Source: Candidatus Poribacteria bacterium
GTDB lineage: Bacteria; Poribacteria; WGA-4E; UBA9662
Assembly (NCBI GenBank): GCA_036339735.1
Contig: JAYZAL010000001.1
Location: 42,540 to 106,539 of the forward strand
DNA: 64,000 nt
Direction: 5' to 3'
The position numbers and the translations under genes were made by a program. Positions 19,724 to 31,922 of this stretch are shown piece by piece (position 1 is the stretch's first letter; every line of letters begins with the position of its first letter). The notes under the pieces are model-generated. The model saw only the letters and a list, made by a program, of their open reading frames with translations, made no database searches and was not told the DNA's origin.

Positions 19724-21412
19724 ATGACGATTAAGAAACAGTTAAACGTCTTTAGCTCACGTATTACTCAAACTCGATCACAAGGGGCTAGTCAAGCCAT
19801 GTTGTATGCTACTGGATTGACGCGTCAAGACATGAATAAGCCTCAAATTGGTATTGCCAGTAACTGGTATGAGGGAAACTCGTGTAACATGCACCTCAAC
19901 GATTTAGCAATGAAGGTAAAAGAAGGGGTAGAGAATGCGGGGTTAGTCAGCATGAGGTTTAATACCATTGGTGTTAGCGACGGTATTTCTATGGGAACTG
20001 AGGGTATGAGTTATTCACTTCAGTCTAGAGACTTGATCGCTGATTCGATTGAGACGGTTATGGCTGCACAATGGTATGATGCTAATATCTCAATCCCTGG
20101 TTGCGATAAGAACATGCCTGGTTGTATGATGGCGATAGGTCGTCTCAATCGCCCAGCCCTGATTATCTATGGTGGAACCATTAAACCTGGTTGTAGCATC
20201 AATAATGAATCACTCGATATTGTTTCGGCTTTCCAAAGTTATGGCCAATATATTGCCGGTACAATTGATGATGATGAACGACAATCAATCGTCGAAAAAT
20301 CATGTCCCGGGGCTGGCGCATGTGGGGGAATGTATACAGCTAACACAATGGCTTCAGCCATTGAAGCTATGGGAATGAGTCTACCTTACAGTTCCTCGAT
20401 CCCAGCGGAAGATCCGAAAAAGCGCGAGGAATGTATTAAAGCTGGAGCAGCAATTTATCACTTGCTAGAACAGGGTATTAAGCCTCGTGATATCATGACT
20501 CGACAAGCTTTTGAAAATGCTATGGTTTTAATCATGGCTCTTGGTGGGTCAACTAATGCTGTTTTACACCTGATTGCAGTTGCTCGATCAGTGGACGTTA
20601 ATCTTACCATTGATGATTTTCAATCTGTTAGTGACCGAATTCCATTTATCGCAGACCTGAAGCCTAGCGGAAATTATGTCATGGAAGACTTACATCAAGT
20701 AGGTGGTACACCTGCCGTATTGAAATATCTGTGGGAAAATAACTTGATAGATGGTAGTTGCCTAACCGTGACAGGAAAAACTGTAGCCGAAAATTTAGAT
20801 GGGTTACCAGGCCTAGAGTCGGGTCAGAAGGTAATATTACCATTGAATAGACCAATCAAAGAAAGTGGTCATATACAAATCTTGAGAGGTAATTTAGCAC
20901 CAGAAGGTGCAGTAGCCAAAATTACTGGAAAAGAAGGTTTAGTATTTAAAGGTACAGCCAAAGTTTACGATTCAGAGGAAGAGATGCTATCGGCTTTAGA
21001 AAGAAATGAAATTACCAAAGGTTCAGTGGTCGTAATCCGTTACGAGGGACCAAAAGGTGGGCCTGGCATGCCAGAGATGTTAACACCAACCTCTGCAATT
21101 ATGGGAGCAGGTTTAGGTCAAGATGTGGCTTTGATGACTGATGGTCGTTTCTCTGGTGGCTCACATGGATTTATCATTGGTCATGTAACACCAGAAGCAC
21201 AAAGTGGTGGCCCAATTGCTCTAGTCGAAGAAGAAGATCAAATTACCATTGATGCAAAAATGAGAGAAATCACCTTGCATATTAGCAATGAGGAGATGGA
21301 ATATCGTCGACAAAAATGGATACAGCCAAATTATAAAGCGGAAAGAGGGACTCTCTATAAATACATAAAAAGCGTTAAATCAGCTTCCGAAGGCTGCGTA
21401 ACAGATGAGTAA
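19724..21412 (+). CDS. ilvD: Dihydroxy-acid dehydratase
   Basis: [39 protein letters not shown]; start moved to ATG 19724 (RBS AAGGA). Confidence 0.96.
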   Translation: MTIKKQLNVFSSRITQTRSQGASQAMLYATGLTRQDMNKPQIGIASNWYEGNSCNMHLNDLAMKVKEGVENAGLVSMRFNTIGVSDGISMGTEGMSYSLQSRDLIADSIETVMAAQWYDANISIPGCDKNMPGCMMAIGRLNRPALIIYGGTIKPGCSINNESLDIVSAFQSYGQYIAGTIDDDERQSIVEKSCPGAGACGGMYTANTMASAIEAMGMSLPYSSSIPAEDPKKREECIKAGAAIYHLLEQGIKPRDIMTRQAFENAMVLIMALGGSTNAVLHLIAVARSVDVNLTIDDFQSVSDRIPFIADLKPSGNYVMEDLHQVGGTPAVLKYLWENNLIDGSCLTVTGKTVAENLDGLPGLESGQKVILPLNRPIKESGHIQILRGNLAPEGAVAKITGKEGLVFKGTAKVYDSEEEMLSALERNEITKGSVVVIRYEGPKGGPGMPEMLTPTSAIMGAGLGQDVALMTDGRFSGGSHGFIIGHVTPEAQSGGPIALVEEEDQITIDAKMREITLHISNEEMEYRRQKWIQPNYKAERGTLYKYIKSVKSASEGCVTDE

Positions 21413-21432
21413 GGTGTGTGTCTTTCTTACTG

Positions 21433-21461
21433 ACGTTATTTTGTTAACTTCAGAATAATGT
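21433..21461 (+). terminator. Possible terminator hairpin after ilvD
   Basis: ACGTTATTTTG-7nt-CAGAATAATGT stem with two G-U pairs, followed by T-rich sequence. Confidence 0.35.
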
Positions 21462-21555
21462 AATTGTTATTTTGTTGCGAAGTCTGTTGTAAATAACAGA
21501 AAAACCTACTGGCCAACAAATCTGAAATGTGTCTAACAGTGTCACTGTGTGAGTT

Positions 21556-22779
21556 ATGGAATTACTAAGTTCGTCGGATAAAAAATTCTGGGATGAAAAT
21601 GGGTACGTCGTTATCCCTAATGTTGTCGCTCTAAGCAATTTAATAGCTGTTCTAGATGCCATCGCTGAATTCACGGGGAAAGATTTAGCTGACGAAGAAA
21701 GTTGGTACCAAGAGCCTATGGTTCATGGGGGAATGGTAAATATGAATCATAATCAAGCTCTATGGGATAATCGACAAAGCCCAAAAATCCATCAAGCATT
21801 CTCCGAAATTTGGGGGGACGAAAAACTTTGGGTAACCTACGACCGAGCCAATATGAACCCACCTGTATGCAAACATTGGAACCACCAAGGGATGATACAT
21901 TGGGACCTTGATATGTCGATACGCCCGATGGAACTTTGTGTGCAAGGTGTACTTTATTTAGCTGATACAGACGAAAATCAAGGTGGATTTCAGTGTGTGC
22001 CAAAATCCCATCACCGACTGATGGATTGGCTGAATAATAACAAAGACCAACGACCAACTGTCGAAAGTGTGGCAGGTAAGATGGAACCAGTTTCCATTCC
22101 TGGGAAAGCTGGGGATTTATTAATTTGGCATAGTGGTTTATTACATGGTAATGGACATAACACCTCCGATAGACCCCGCTATGCTCAATATATTGGTATG
22201 CAACCAGAATGGACTATACGTACGGCAGCTGGAGTAATTGAAGCCAACGAACAGATAAGACAAAGCCGTATTCGAGCTTGGCAAAATGCTCCATGTCAGC
22301 GAGCTGTAGCTGATGCGATTGGCGTTCCTGAAGGTATTATTGAACAATGGCTTCGACAAACCCATGAAAAAATGGACGCTCAAGTTATAGTCGATACTGT
22401 TATAAAACCACCGGAAAATGGGCTTGCTAAGGTAGTTATACAAGGCAGGCAGCAAGATTTATCCGTCGTCGAACAAATCGACAAAAACATCTTCCGATTG
22501 GATCGGAGTCAGGCACAAAAAATCAAGGTTCCTTATCAAAATTATTTCAACGAAAAAGCCGCAGAAAACATACGGCAGGTACCTCCCCCTCATTTTACTC
22601 CTCAATTAGAAGAAAAAGATCTGGATAAGTTACCTCATCTCTTAGTTGAGAACCAGATTTACGGGGTTGAAGAAATCACCGATCTAATATCCAGTGAATT
22701 TGGTCTTGACAATCGTATGTCTCCGGCTAAGCTAACTCAGTTAGGACGACGCCTAGTTGGCATAGATGCTTGGTCGTGA
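21556..22779 (+). CDS. Phytanoyl-CoA dioxygenase (PhyH) family Fe(II)/2OG oxygenase with C-terminal insertion
   Basis: HWD facial-triad motif, QGVLYLADT, GDLLIWHSGLLHG, R of the 2OG site (DRPRYAQY). Confidence 0.85.
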   Translation: MELLSSSDKKFWDENGYVVIPNVVALSNLIAVLDAIAEFTGKDLADEESWYQEPMVHGGMVNMNHNQALWDNRQSPKIHQAFSEIWGDEKLWVTYDRANMNPPVCKHWNHQGMIHWDLDMSIRPMELCVQGVLYLADTDENQGGFQCVPKSHHRLMDWLNNNKDQRPTVESVAGKMEPVSIPGKAGDLLIWHSGLLHGNGHNTSDRPRYAQYIGMQPEWTIRTAAGVIEANEQIRQSRIRAWQNAPCQRAVADAIGVPEGIIEQWLRQTHEKMDAQVIVDTVIKPPENGLAKVVIQGRQQDLSVVEQIDKNIFRLDRSQAQKIKVPYQNYFNEKAAENIRQVPPPHFTPQLEEKDLDKLPHLLVENQIYGVEEITDLISSEFGLDNRMSPAKLTQLGRRLVGIDAWS

Positions 22780-23051
22780 TTTGATGCTTTTTAAGTAGAT
22801 GCAGAAAATTGCATAGTCTATATCTTTTAATTAAGAATACTTTTCGATAAAGATTTACCATGTCAACGATGATACCATGTATCAATCACTTCTTAGGTTA
22901 GACCTATAACTGTACGTAACGGGGTAAGGAAACGTAGGTCAGTTACATCTGTCAGTAGATTCCAAAACATGTTTTCTGTTCAGCTGAGTTCAACAGTATC
23001 GACTGACCAAATATTAGTTGAATAAGAAACCGAGCTCCAGTTGCCTGAGTC

Positions 23052-24287
23052 CTAGGTAAATAATGGTAGTGGTTGTCCTCCCCAGCCAGGGAATAATATT
23101 TCATTGTCAGTTACGGACAAATGTTGTCCTGCGACTTCGGAAAATACAGAACGAAAATCAGTAGATACGGGCACATCGCGTTGATCTTCTAACATGTCAA
23201 CCGATAATTCTGGCACTGATCCGTGAACTTTTCCACCATCTACTCGACTCCCGAGGACAAAGAGGCAAGAGCCTCTTCCATGATCAGTTCCACCAGATCC
23301 ATTCTCATGTACTGTACGGCCAAACTCTGTCATTGTCATAATGACTACATTCTGATGGTGATCGGCGAGGTCATCCCACAAGGTCGCAATTGCATCCGAT
23401 AATACTTTAGCTTGCCGGGCAAATGGTCCTTCCATTGTTCCCTGTCGGCGATGCGTGTCCCAACCACCTACCTCGGTAAATGCAATTTCTAATCCAACGT
23501 TGGCCTTGATCAATTGTGCGATTTGACTTAGGTTTTGGCCCAGCTTAGATTTTGGGTAAGTAATACCTTTTCTAGGTCGGTATGAGGTTTTTTGGATAGA
23601 TGAAATCATTTTGGTTGCTGAAATACTTTTATCACCAGCTTCTCTTAATTGTTCCAATTTGGTTTGAGCATATAATGCTTGGTAAATAGGTTTAATCAAG
23701 GGTTGGTCAGTTGGCAAAGCAAAACGCCTCAGGTCAGGGATGACTAAAGTTGGTTGTTGTCCTCGCATGGAAAATGGCTGACTTTTTGTGATTGATACTC
23801 CCTGTAGTGGACTACTTTTTTCTTGATCTAGTAAACTTGCGGCCCTATTCAACCAACCAGAATTTGTGGATTTGAGACCTGGGGTTCCACTCTCCATATA
23901 ATTTTGGGCTTCGAAGTGCGAACGTGTTGAGTAAGGCAAACCAGTTCCGTGAACAATAGCCAACTTCCCCTGCTGGAATAGTGGGTACAATGAGCTAAAA
24001 GCTGGATGTAGGCCAAATGTTTCATCTAGATTAATTAAGGAACCTCGTGTTTTTCCCACAGACATGATGAGAGACGGTCTGGCTTTTGGCAAATGCTTAT
24101 CTCTGAAAGGAGAAACAGCCATCAGTCCGTCCATAGCCCCACGTTGAAAAATAACAACCAATGTTTTGGGAGGTCTATCTCGATTAGCAGCCATAGCAGT
24201 ACGATTTAAGAAAAGTGGAATGCCACTTGTGGCAATTGAGTATAGGCTGACGCCCATCGATTTTAGAAAAGCTTTTCTATTCAACAT
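23052..24287 (-). CDS. DUF1501 family protein (Tat-like signal)
   Basis: LVVIFQRGAMDGL, RSHFEAQ, GGWDTH, EFGRT, GGTDHG; start moved to MLNRKAFLK. Confidence 0.88.
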   Translation of the reverse strand: MLNRKAFLKSMGVSLYSIATSGIPLFLNRTAMAANRDRPPKTLVVIFQRGAMDGLMAVSPFRDKHLPKARPSLIMSVGKTRGSLINLDETFGLHPAFSSLYPLFQQGKLAIVHGTGLPYSTRSHFEAQNYMESGTPGLKSTNSGWLNRAASLLDQEKSSPLQGVSITKSQPFSMRGQQPTLVIPDLRRFALPTDQPLIKPIYQALYAQTKLEQLREAGDKSISATKMISSIQKTSYRPRKGITYPKSKLGQNLSQIAQLIKANVGLEIAFTEVGGWDTHRRQGTMEGPFARQAKVLSDAIATLWDDLADHHQNVVIMTMTEFGRTVHENGSGGTDHGRGSCLFVLGSRVDGGKVHGSVPELSVDMLEDQRDVPVSTDFRSVFSEVAGQHLSVTDNEILFPGWGGQPLPLFT

Positions 24288-24300
24288 ATTGTTAATACCT

Positions 24301-26088
24301 TTAATAAACCTGAAATTGTGGTGAACCAATAATCAAACCAGCAATCTGCATAATCTGCCATTCGTCAGTTTTTCTTCTCCAACGATTCCGGTGTTGTTTA
24401 TTTCGTTTTCTATTCGATTTTTTTTTGTTTAAGTCCGGTTTTTTAGCTAATATCAGCATAATTTCTTTGCTCATTAGATGTACTTCTTGAGTAGGTAGAA
24501 GTCTCGAGCAAAGTGTTTCTATTTGTGTGCTTGATGACTGTTGTAACAAGTCATCTCCAAGCTTGATCGTTAAGCCTCTAATTTGACCCGTCAAAAGATC
24601 AAGGCCAAAGTTAGTCCTGTGCAGAACTGAGGAAGCATTAATCCAATTATTACCAGTATCTAGGTAACCAGTTGGTGGTTGGCAAGCATATAGATCCTGC
24701 CCCATTCCTGCGATGCGATTAGCCAGTTGTATTGTTGAAATAATTTCGGCATTCATCGCACGCAATGTGCCGATAACCATACGAAAAGGAGATTTGGTAC
24801 GTTTATATTTTTTTGCTTCAGCCCAAAATTCTGTCGAGTAAGCTATAGCTATCATCATTTGAGTTAAATCCCCATTGCTCGCTAGAAATACTTGGGCTAA
24901 CGATTCGATATAGGCTTCAGTCGGTTTTTCCGTTACGAAACGAATTGCTAGTTTATTTGAAATATGCCGGGCCGTTGAGGAATGCTGAGCTACAATATCT
25001 AAAATTTCCTCTCCATCTTCAATCCCTCTATTTGGGGGTAAATAGTTGCCTAAAAACATCTTTGCTTTAATGTCATGATTTCTAGACACAAAAGTAAAAT
25101 AGGTATCGCTTGTCTGTTTTTTTGATCTGTTTGTTCTCGCATACTTAGTATTTACCTTCCAACCAGTCAAAGATCGAGCCACAGTCAATATGTCATCTTG
25201 CGTGTAATAATTACCGTCTAGTCCCAATGTATGAAGTTCTAGCAATTCACGGGCATAGTTCTCATTAATTCCCCATTTTTTTTTTCGATTAGCTTTTTTG
25301 GGTGTCAACAGACCTTTATCATCTGACGGCATCATCGATTTTTTCCCAATTAGTCTTCGTTTTCCTACGAATTGATTTTCTAATTTTGCGTTTGACTGAT
25401 GATTATCCAGATAATAAAGCATCGCGGGATGTTTAGATGTTGCCGACAAAATAGTTCGAAAATTTCTCAAAACGTTTGGTCTTATGACTTCTTCCTCATA
25501 GGAAGGCAACCAGACTCTAGCCTGACGATGAGTGGACGATACATTAAAATGATTAAACCAAAAATCGACAAGAACTTCAACTAGCTGTTGATCCGAATAA
25601 ACGGCCCGTAAAATTTTCCGAGCTTTAAGTTCTTTAATTAACTGTTTCTGAGTTCGGAAGCCTTTATTTCGTGAGAATTTTTGGAGTTGACTTTTGATTT
25701 CTTTCCAATTTGTTTTGGAATCTTCTTTAGGTATTAGCCCTTCTTGTCTAGCTAAAGCTCTGAGTTGACTACTGCTCGGATGCCGATTTAATATATCCCG
25801 AGTAGTCATATTAGTGATTGCCAAATGTGATAATTTGTTTTGTAATGTAACTGAGGATTTCTGAGGTTCCATTTGTTGATAAAACCATTGTTCCAACCCT
25901 AAGGCCATTACTTGTTCAATTTGATTCGGTTTAGGACCAAATGTGAATCGGTTGAGAAGATGAACAGAGGCCTCTCTTTTGGTTAACCCCTCTTCAGCAT
26001 ATGGAAACGGATTTGTTTTTGCATTTGACAAAGTTAGTGAAGTGAATACAGAAAGTAATAACAAAACTCGGCTAATATATTTAGACAT
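24301..26088 (-). CDS. DUF1800 family protein
   Basis: HLLNRFTFG, FWFNHFNV, HPAMLYYLDN, NENYARELLELHTLG; canonical partner of DUF1501. Confidence 0.9.
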   Translation of the reverse strand: MSKYISRVLLLLSVFTSLTLSNAKTNPFPYAEEGLTKREASVHLLNRFTFGPKPNQIEQVMALGLEQWFYQQMEPQKSSVTLQNKLSHLAITNMTTRDILNRHPSSSQLRALARQEGLIPKEDSKTNWKEIKSQLQKFSRNKGFRTQKQLIKELKARKILRAVYSDQQLVEVLVDFWFNHFNVSSTHRQARVWLPSYEEEVIRPNVLRNFRTILSATSKHPAMLYYLDNHQSNAKLENQFVGKRRLIGKKSMMPSDDKGLLTPKKANRKKKWGINENYARELLELHTLGLDGNYYTQDDILTVARSLTGWKVNTKYARTNRSKKQTSDTYFTFVSRNHDIKAKMFLGNYLPPNRGIEDGEEILDIVAQHSSTARHISNKLAIRFVTEKPTEAYIESLAQVFLASNGDLTQMMIAIAYSTEFWAEAKKYKRTKSPFRMVIGTLRAMNAEIISTIQLANRIAGMGQDLYACQPPTGYLDTGNNWINASSVLHRTNFGLDLLTGQIRGLTIKLGDDLLQQSSSTQIETLCSRLLPTQEVHLMSKEIMLILAKKPDLNKKKSNRKRNKQHRNRWRRKTDEWQIMQIAGLIIGSPQFQVY

Positions 26089-26207
26089 AAAAGAAAACCA
26101 TAGATGAATTTAGTTGTGCATCAATCCTTTTCTACTGAGTATTAGGTTGTAGTATAGACGATAAAGCGACTATTTATTTTATAGATAGATAACTTTCTTG
26201 CATTTAT

Positions 26208-26452
26208 TTAGTCGACTGTTTGTTTGATTTCCTCAGGTTCCGCTTCGGCTTCTTTCATTTGATTGACTTTACTTTTGATAGCTTTCCACCATTCGGCTGT
26301 CAGTTGGGAGAATTGTCACTTTTTGATGACACTTGGTTTTGGTTTCCTTATCGTGAGGGTACCCATCTCGATCTCTAGCTACAGCTAGGGGGGAAATAAA
26401 TAGTTATAATCACGGTCAATAAAGCGAGGGGAAAATTGAATTTACGCAACAT
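26208..26452 (-). pseudogene. Frameshifted remnant of a small secreted helical protein
   Basis: Three consecutive frames give MLRKFNFPLALLTVII / LFISPLAVA-RDRDGYPHDK / QFSQLTAEWWKAIKSKVNQMKEAEAEPEEIKQTVD. Confidence 0.5.
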
Positions 26453-26569
26453 AGTTGAGTTCGCCGATTGTGGCTTTTTATCTTTACTTGGCCTGTGTTA
26501 GATAAGACACTGAGTTAACTCGAAAGGTTCGGAAAATAATAAAAAAGAGAAAAAATACGGAGGACAAAG

Positions 26570-27373
26570 ATGATTAATAACATACCGCGGTCCATTCTAG
26601 GGCGAACCGAAATTGAAGTTACTCGATTAGGAATTGGTGGAGCCTATTGCCAAACAGTAGAAGGCTATCAAAAAGCCCTAGATTTTGGTGTTAACTATTT
26701 GGATACTGCTCGTAACTATCGAGATGGTGAAGATGAAAAGCTAATAGGGAAAGCGTTGCAAAATCGTAGAGATCAAGTTATTTTGGCTTCTAAAACTGAT
26801 AAGAGAACTGCTAACGAAGCTCGACTAGATTTGGAGGCTTCTCTAAGATTTTTGAAAACTGACTATATTGATATTTATCAACTACACCACCTTAATACTT
26901 CAATAGAGCGAGAACAGGCCTTTGCAAATAATGGCGTATACGGTGAAGTTTTGAAAGCCAAACAGCGTGGCTTGATTCGTTTTATCGGAGTTACAGGACA
27001 TGATTGGAAACAGGTCGGTTTAGCTGTAGCCACTGGTAATTTTGATACCGTTTTATGCTGGTATAACTGTGCAATGAAACAAGCAGAGACAGAAATCTTT
27101 CCCCATGCAGATGAACATAACGTCGGTATTGTAATTATGAATGCGAGTCGCAACGATAAATTATTGAGTTCATCAAACGTCCCAGCACCAGTTCAATTCT
27201 ACCGCTATGTCTTGAGTCAACCATCAGTTCACTTGACAATTATGGGGTTAAGAGATATTAAACGATTTGAGAAAATTTGTAGTCAGTTATGTATATCCGA
27301 TCATCTATCCTCAGATGACCAATTTTCACTTGAAGCCTATGGAAAAAAAATGCTGAAACAGGGAAAGCTATAA
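26570..27373 (+). CDS. Aldo/keto reductase
   Basis: GVNYLDTARNY, LASK, DYIDIYQLH, RFIGVTGH; RBS GGAGG. Confidence 0.9.
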   Translation: MINNIPRSILGRTEIEVTRLGIGGAYCQTVEGYQKALDFGVNYLDTARNYRDGEDEKLIGKALQNRRDQVILASKTDKRTANEARLDLEASLRFLKTDYIDIYQLHHLNTSIEREQAFANNGVYGEVLKAKQRGLIRFIGVTGHDWKQVGLAVATGNFDTVLCWYNCAMKQAETEIFPHADEHNVGIVIMNASRNDKLLSSSNVPAPVQFYRYVLSQPSVHLTIMGLRDIKRFEKICSQLCISDHLSSDDQFSLEAYGKKMLKQGKL

Positions 27374-27796
27374 TAAACACCATATCTGCAAAATGAAAAC
27401 TGAAGCAATAATGAAAAATACGAACGCGTGACATGTGCTCACAGATAAAAATGTTTTTCCACTATTTCTAGAGTTAGTTTTGTATATAACAAGGGATTTT
27501 AAAAATAGTTATACAAAGAATCTTCAGACCAAATTCAGTTATAGATACATTTGGCTGATGATATTTCACATATCTATCAGATGTGCTATAAATTAGGGCC
27601 GGATGACGTAATGCTTGAGTCAGTCATAGATGTAGAGAAAACAGAGAGGGAGAAGTCTCTTCACATAACTTGTGGTAGATTTACCTCAAGTTATATCTAC
27701 ATCAGAACTTTTCCCGTAGACTGAAAATGAAGGACATAAATGGTTAGGAAAACTTCCATTATACTTGTTAAGATTTAATTTGGCTAAATTTCTCAC

Positions 27797-27825
27797 TTGA
27801 ATCGTATAGTAATTTGTGATAGACT
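27797..27825 (+). promoter_or_regulatory. Sigma70-type promoter of the pyr operon
   Basis: TTGAAT-17-TAGACT with extended -10 TG. Confidence 0.65.
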
Positions 27826-27863
27826 GGCCGAGGTTGTCAGGTGGGGTCATCCATCGATCGAAA

Positions 27864-27898
27864 CCCTTTTAAACTAATCCGGTGAGGTTAGGAAAGGG
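27864..27898 (+). promoter_or_regulatory. PyrR-binding loop (anti-antiterminator)
   Basis: CCCTTTT-AAA-CTAATC-CGGTGA-GGTTAG-GAAAGGG; contains AATCCGGTGAGGTT matching consensus ARUCCNGNGAGGYU. Confidence 0.9.
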
Positions 27899-27971
27899 AG
27901 GCATGCTATAGCTACGATAGAGTTCAATTCTTTTCTGCGTTCGCTTCCCAAAGTTTGTTTTTTGATAGAAT

Positions 27972-27994
27972 CCTCCTATGGGAGGTTTTTTTTT
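27972..27994 (+). terminator. Attenuator terminator of the pyr leader
   Basis: CCTCC-TATG-GGAGG followed by T9; CCTCC can alternatively pair with GGAGG at 27897-27901. Confidence 0.8.
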
Positions 27995-28044
27995 GCCTGT
28001 TCAATCCATTTTTTTAGTCCAAAAGGACGATTGCAAGTACACAA

Positions 28045-30580
<2,536 letters not shown>

Positions 30581-30596
30581 AAGCTGAGGGTGAAAA

Positions 30597-31721
30597 ATGA
30601 GGGCTGTACTGGCCTTAGCAGATGGTACTTTTTTTGAGGGTGAACATTTTGGTGCAACTGGAGAAGCAGTAGGCGAAGTGGTGTTTAATACCAGCATGAC
30701 TGGTTACCAAGAGATTGTGACAGATCCTTCATATTATGGGCAAATCGTCACAATGACCTATCCGTTAATCGGTAATTATGGCGTCAATTCTTCTGACCAA
30801 GAATCAAATAGCCCAAAAGCCTCCGGTTTTGTGGTACGGGAATATAGCAGTTATCATAGTAACTGGCGTTCGCAAGGTAGTTTTGGGGACTACCTTAAAA
30901 AGAACAACATCATTGGTGTTCACGGAATTGACACTAGGGCGTTGACCAAACGATTACGTTTGCATGGCGTTATTGATGGTATCATCTCAACTCAAGAATT
31001 TGATGCTCAAACCCTAGTTGAGAAAGCTAAAACATTCGGAGGTATGACTGGTAAAGATTTTGTGCAAAAAGTGACCTGCGAGGACATATATGAAGCGGCC
31101 TTTGAGCCTAATTCCGATTTCTATCCTACTCACAGTCTGACCTCGTCCCCTACCGAACTTAAAAAAGTAGTAGCCATCGATTTTGGAATTAAAAACAATA
31201 TCTTACGCCAATTGATATCTCATGGGTGTGAAGTTACAGTCGTGCCTGCGAATACCTCTACGGATGACATTTTAGCTTTACAACCCGATGGTATCTTTTT
31301 ATCTAATGGCCCAGGAGACCCTGAACCAATAGAATACGCAGTAAAAACTATTCAGCAGTTACTAGGACAAAAGCCCATTTTTGGTATTTGCTTAGGACAT
31401 CAACTACTCTGCAGAGCGGTTGGTGCAAAAACTTTCAAGTTAAAGTTTGGTCATCGTGGAGGTAACCAGCCAGTTCAAAGATTATCAACCGGCCAAGTGG
31501 AAATAACAGCACAAAATCATGGATTTTGTGTCGATATTGACACTTTGCCTCAGAAAGTTGAGGTTACGCATATTAACCTAAATGACCAAACTTTAGAAGG
31601 TATAGATTTTATTGATTGTGACGCATTCTCAGTACAGTATCACCCAGAAGCATCTCCCGGTCCACACGACGCTAGTTATCTATTTAATCAATTTGTTGAC
31701 CGGATAGATGATTCTGGGTGA
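30597..31721 (+). CDS. carA: Carbamoyl-phosphate synthase small subunit
   Basis: [38 protein letters not shown]. Confidence 0.97.
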   Translation: MRAVLALADGTFFEGEHFGATGEAVGEVVFNTSMTGYQEIVTDPSYYGQIVTMTYPLIGNYGVNSSDQESNSPKASGFVVREYSSYHSNWRSQGSFGDYLKKNNIIGVHGIDTRALTKRLRLHGVIDGIISTQEFDAQTLVEKAKTFGGMTGKDFVQKVTCEDIYEAAFEPNSDFYPTHSLTSSPTELKKVVAIDFGIKNNILRQLISHGCEVTVVPANTSTDDILALQPDGIFLSNGPGDPEPIEYAVKTIQQLLGQKPIFGICLGHQLLCRAVGAKTFKLKFGHRGGNQPVQRLSTGQVEITAQNHGFCVDIDTLPQKVEVTHINLNDQTLEGIDFIDCDAFSVQYHPEASPGPHDASYLFNQFVDRIDDSG

Positions 31722-31922
31722 AGAAGTGTGAAGTTAATTTTGTATCATCCTTAGAAAAAAATTGTGTGTATAAATACTATTCATGAAGAAGTAAAATTTG
31801 TAATTTAATTATTTCAAAATGGGGATAGATCGTAAAAAATACTTGGGGGGGCCTCACTCTCTGTCAATTAAACTTCGAATTTTTCGTATTCTTATATTCG
31901 ATAAATTGTAATCTAAGAAAAT

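Noticed and set aside
22780-23051. Imperfect hairpins (TAACTG/CAGTTA, GACCTA/TAGGTC) between convergent genes
   Set aside because: Short, competing pairings, adequately explained by termination or chance
31722-31922. Second PyrR box or ARG box between carA and carB
   Set aside because: No ARUCCNGNGAGGYU motif; AT-rich near-palindromes do not match ARG-box spacing convincingly
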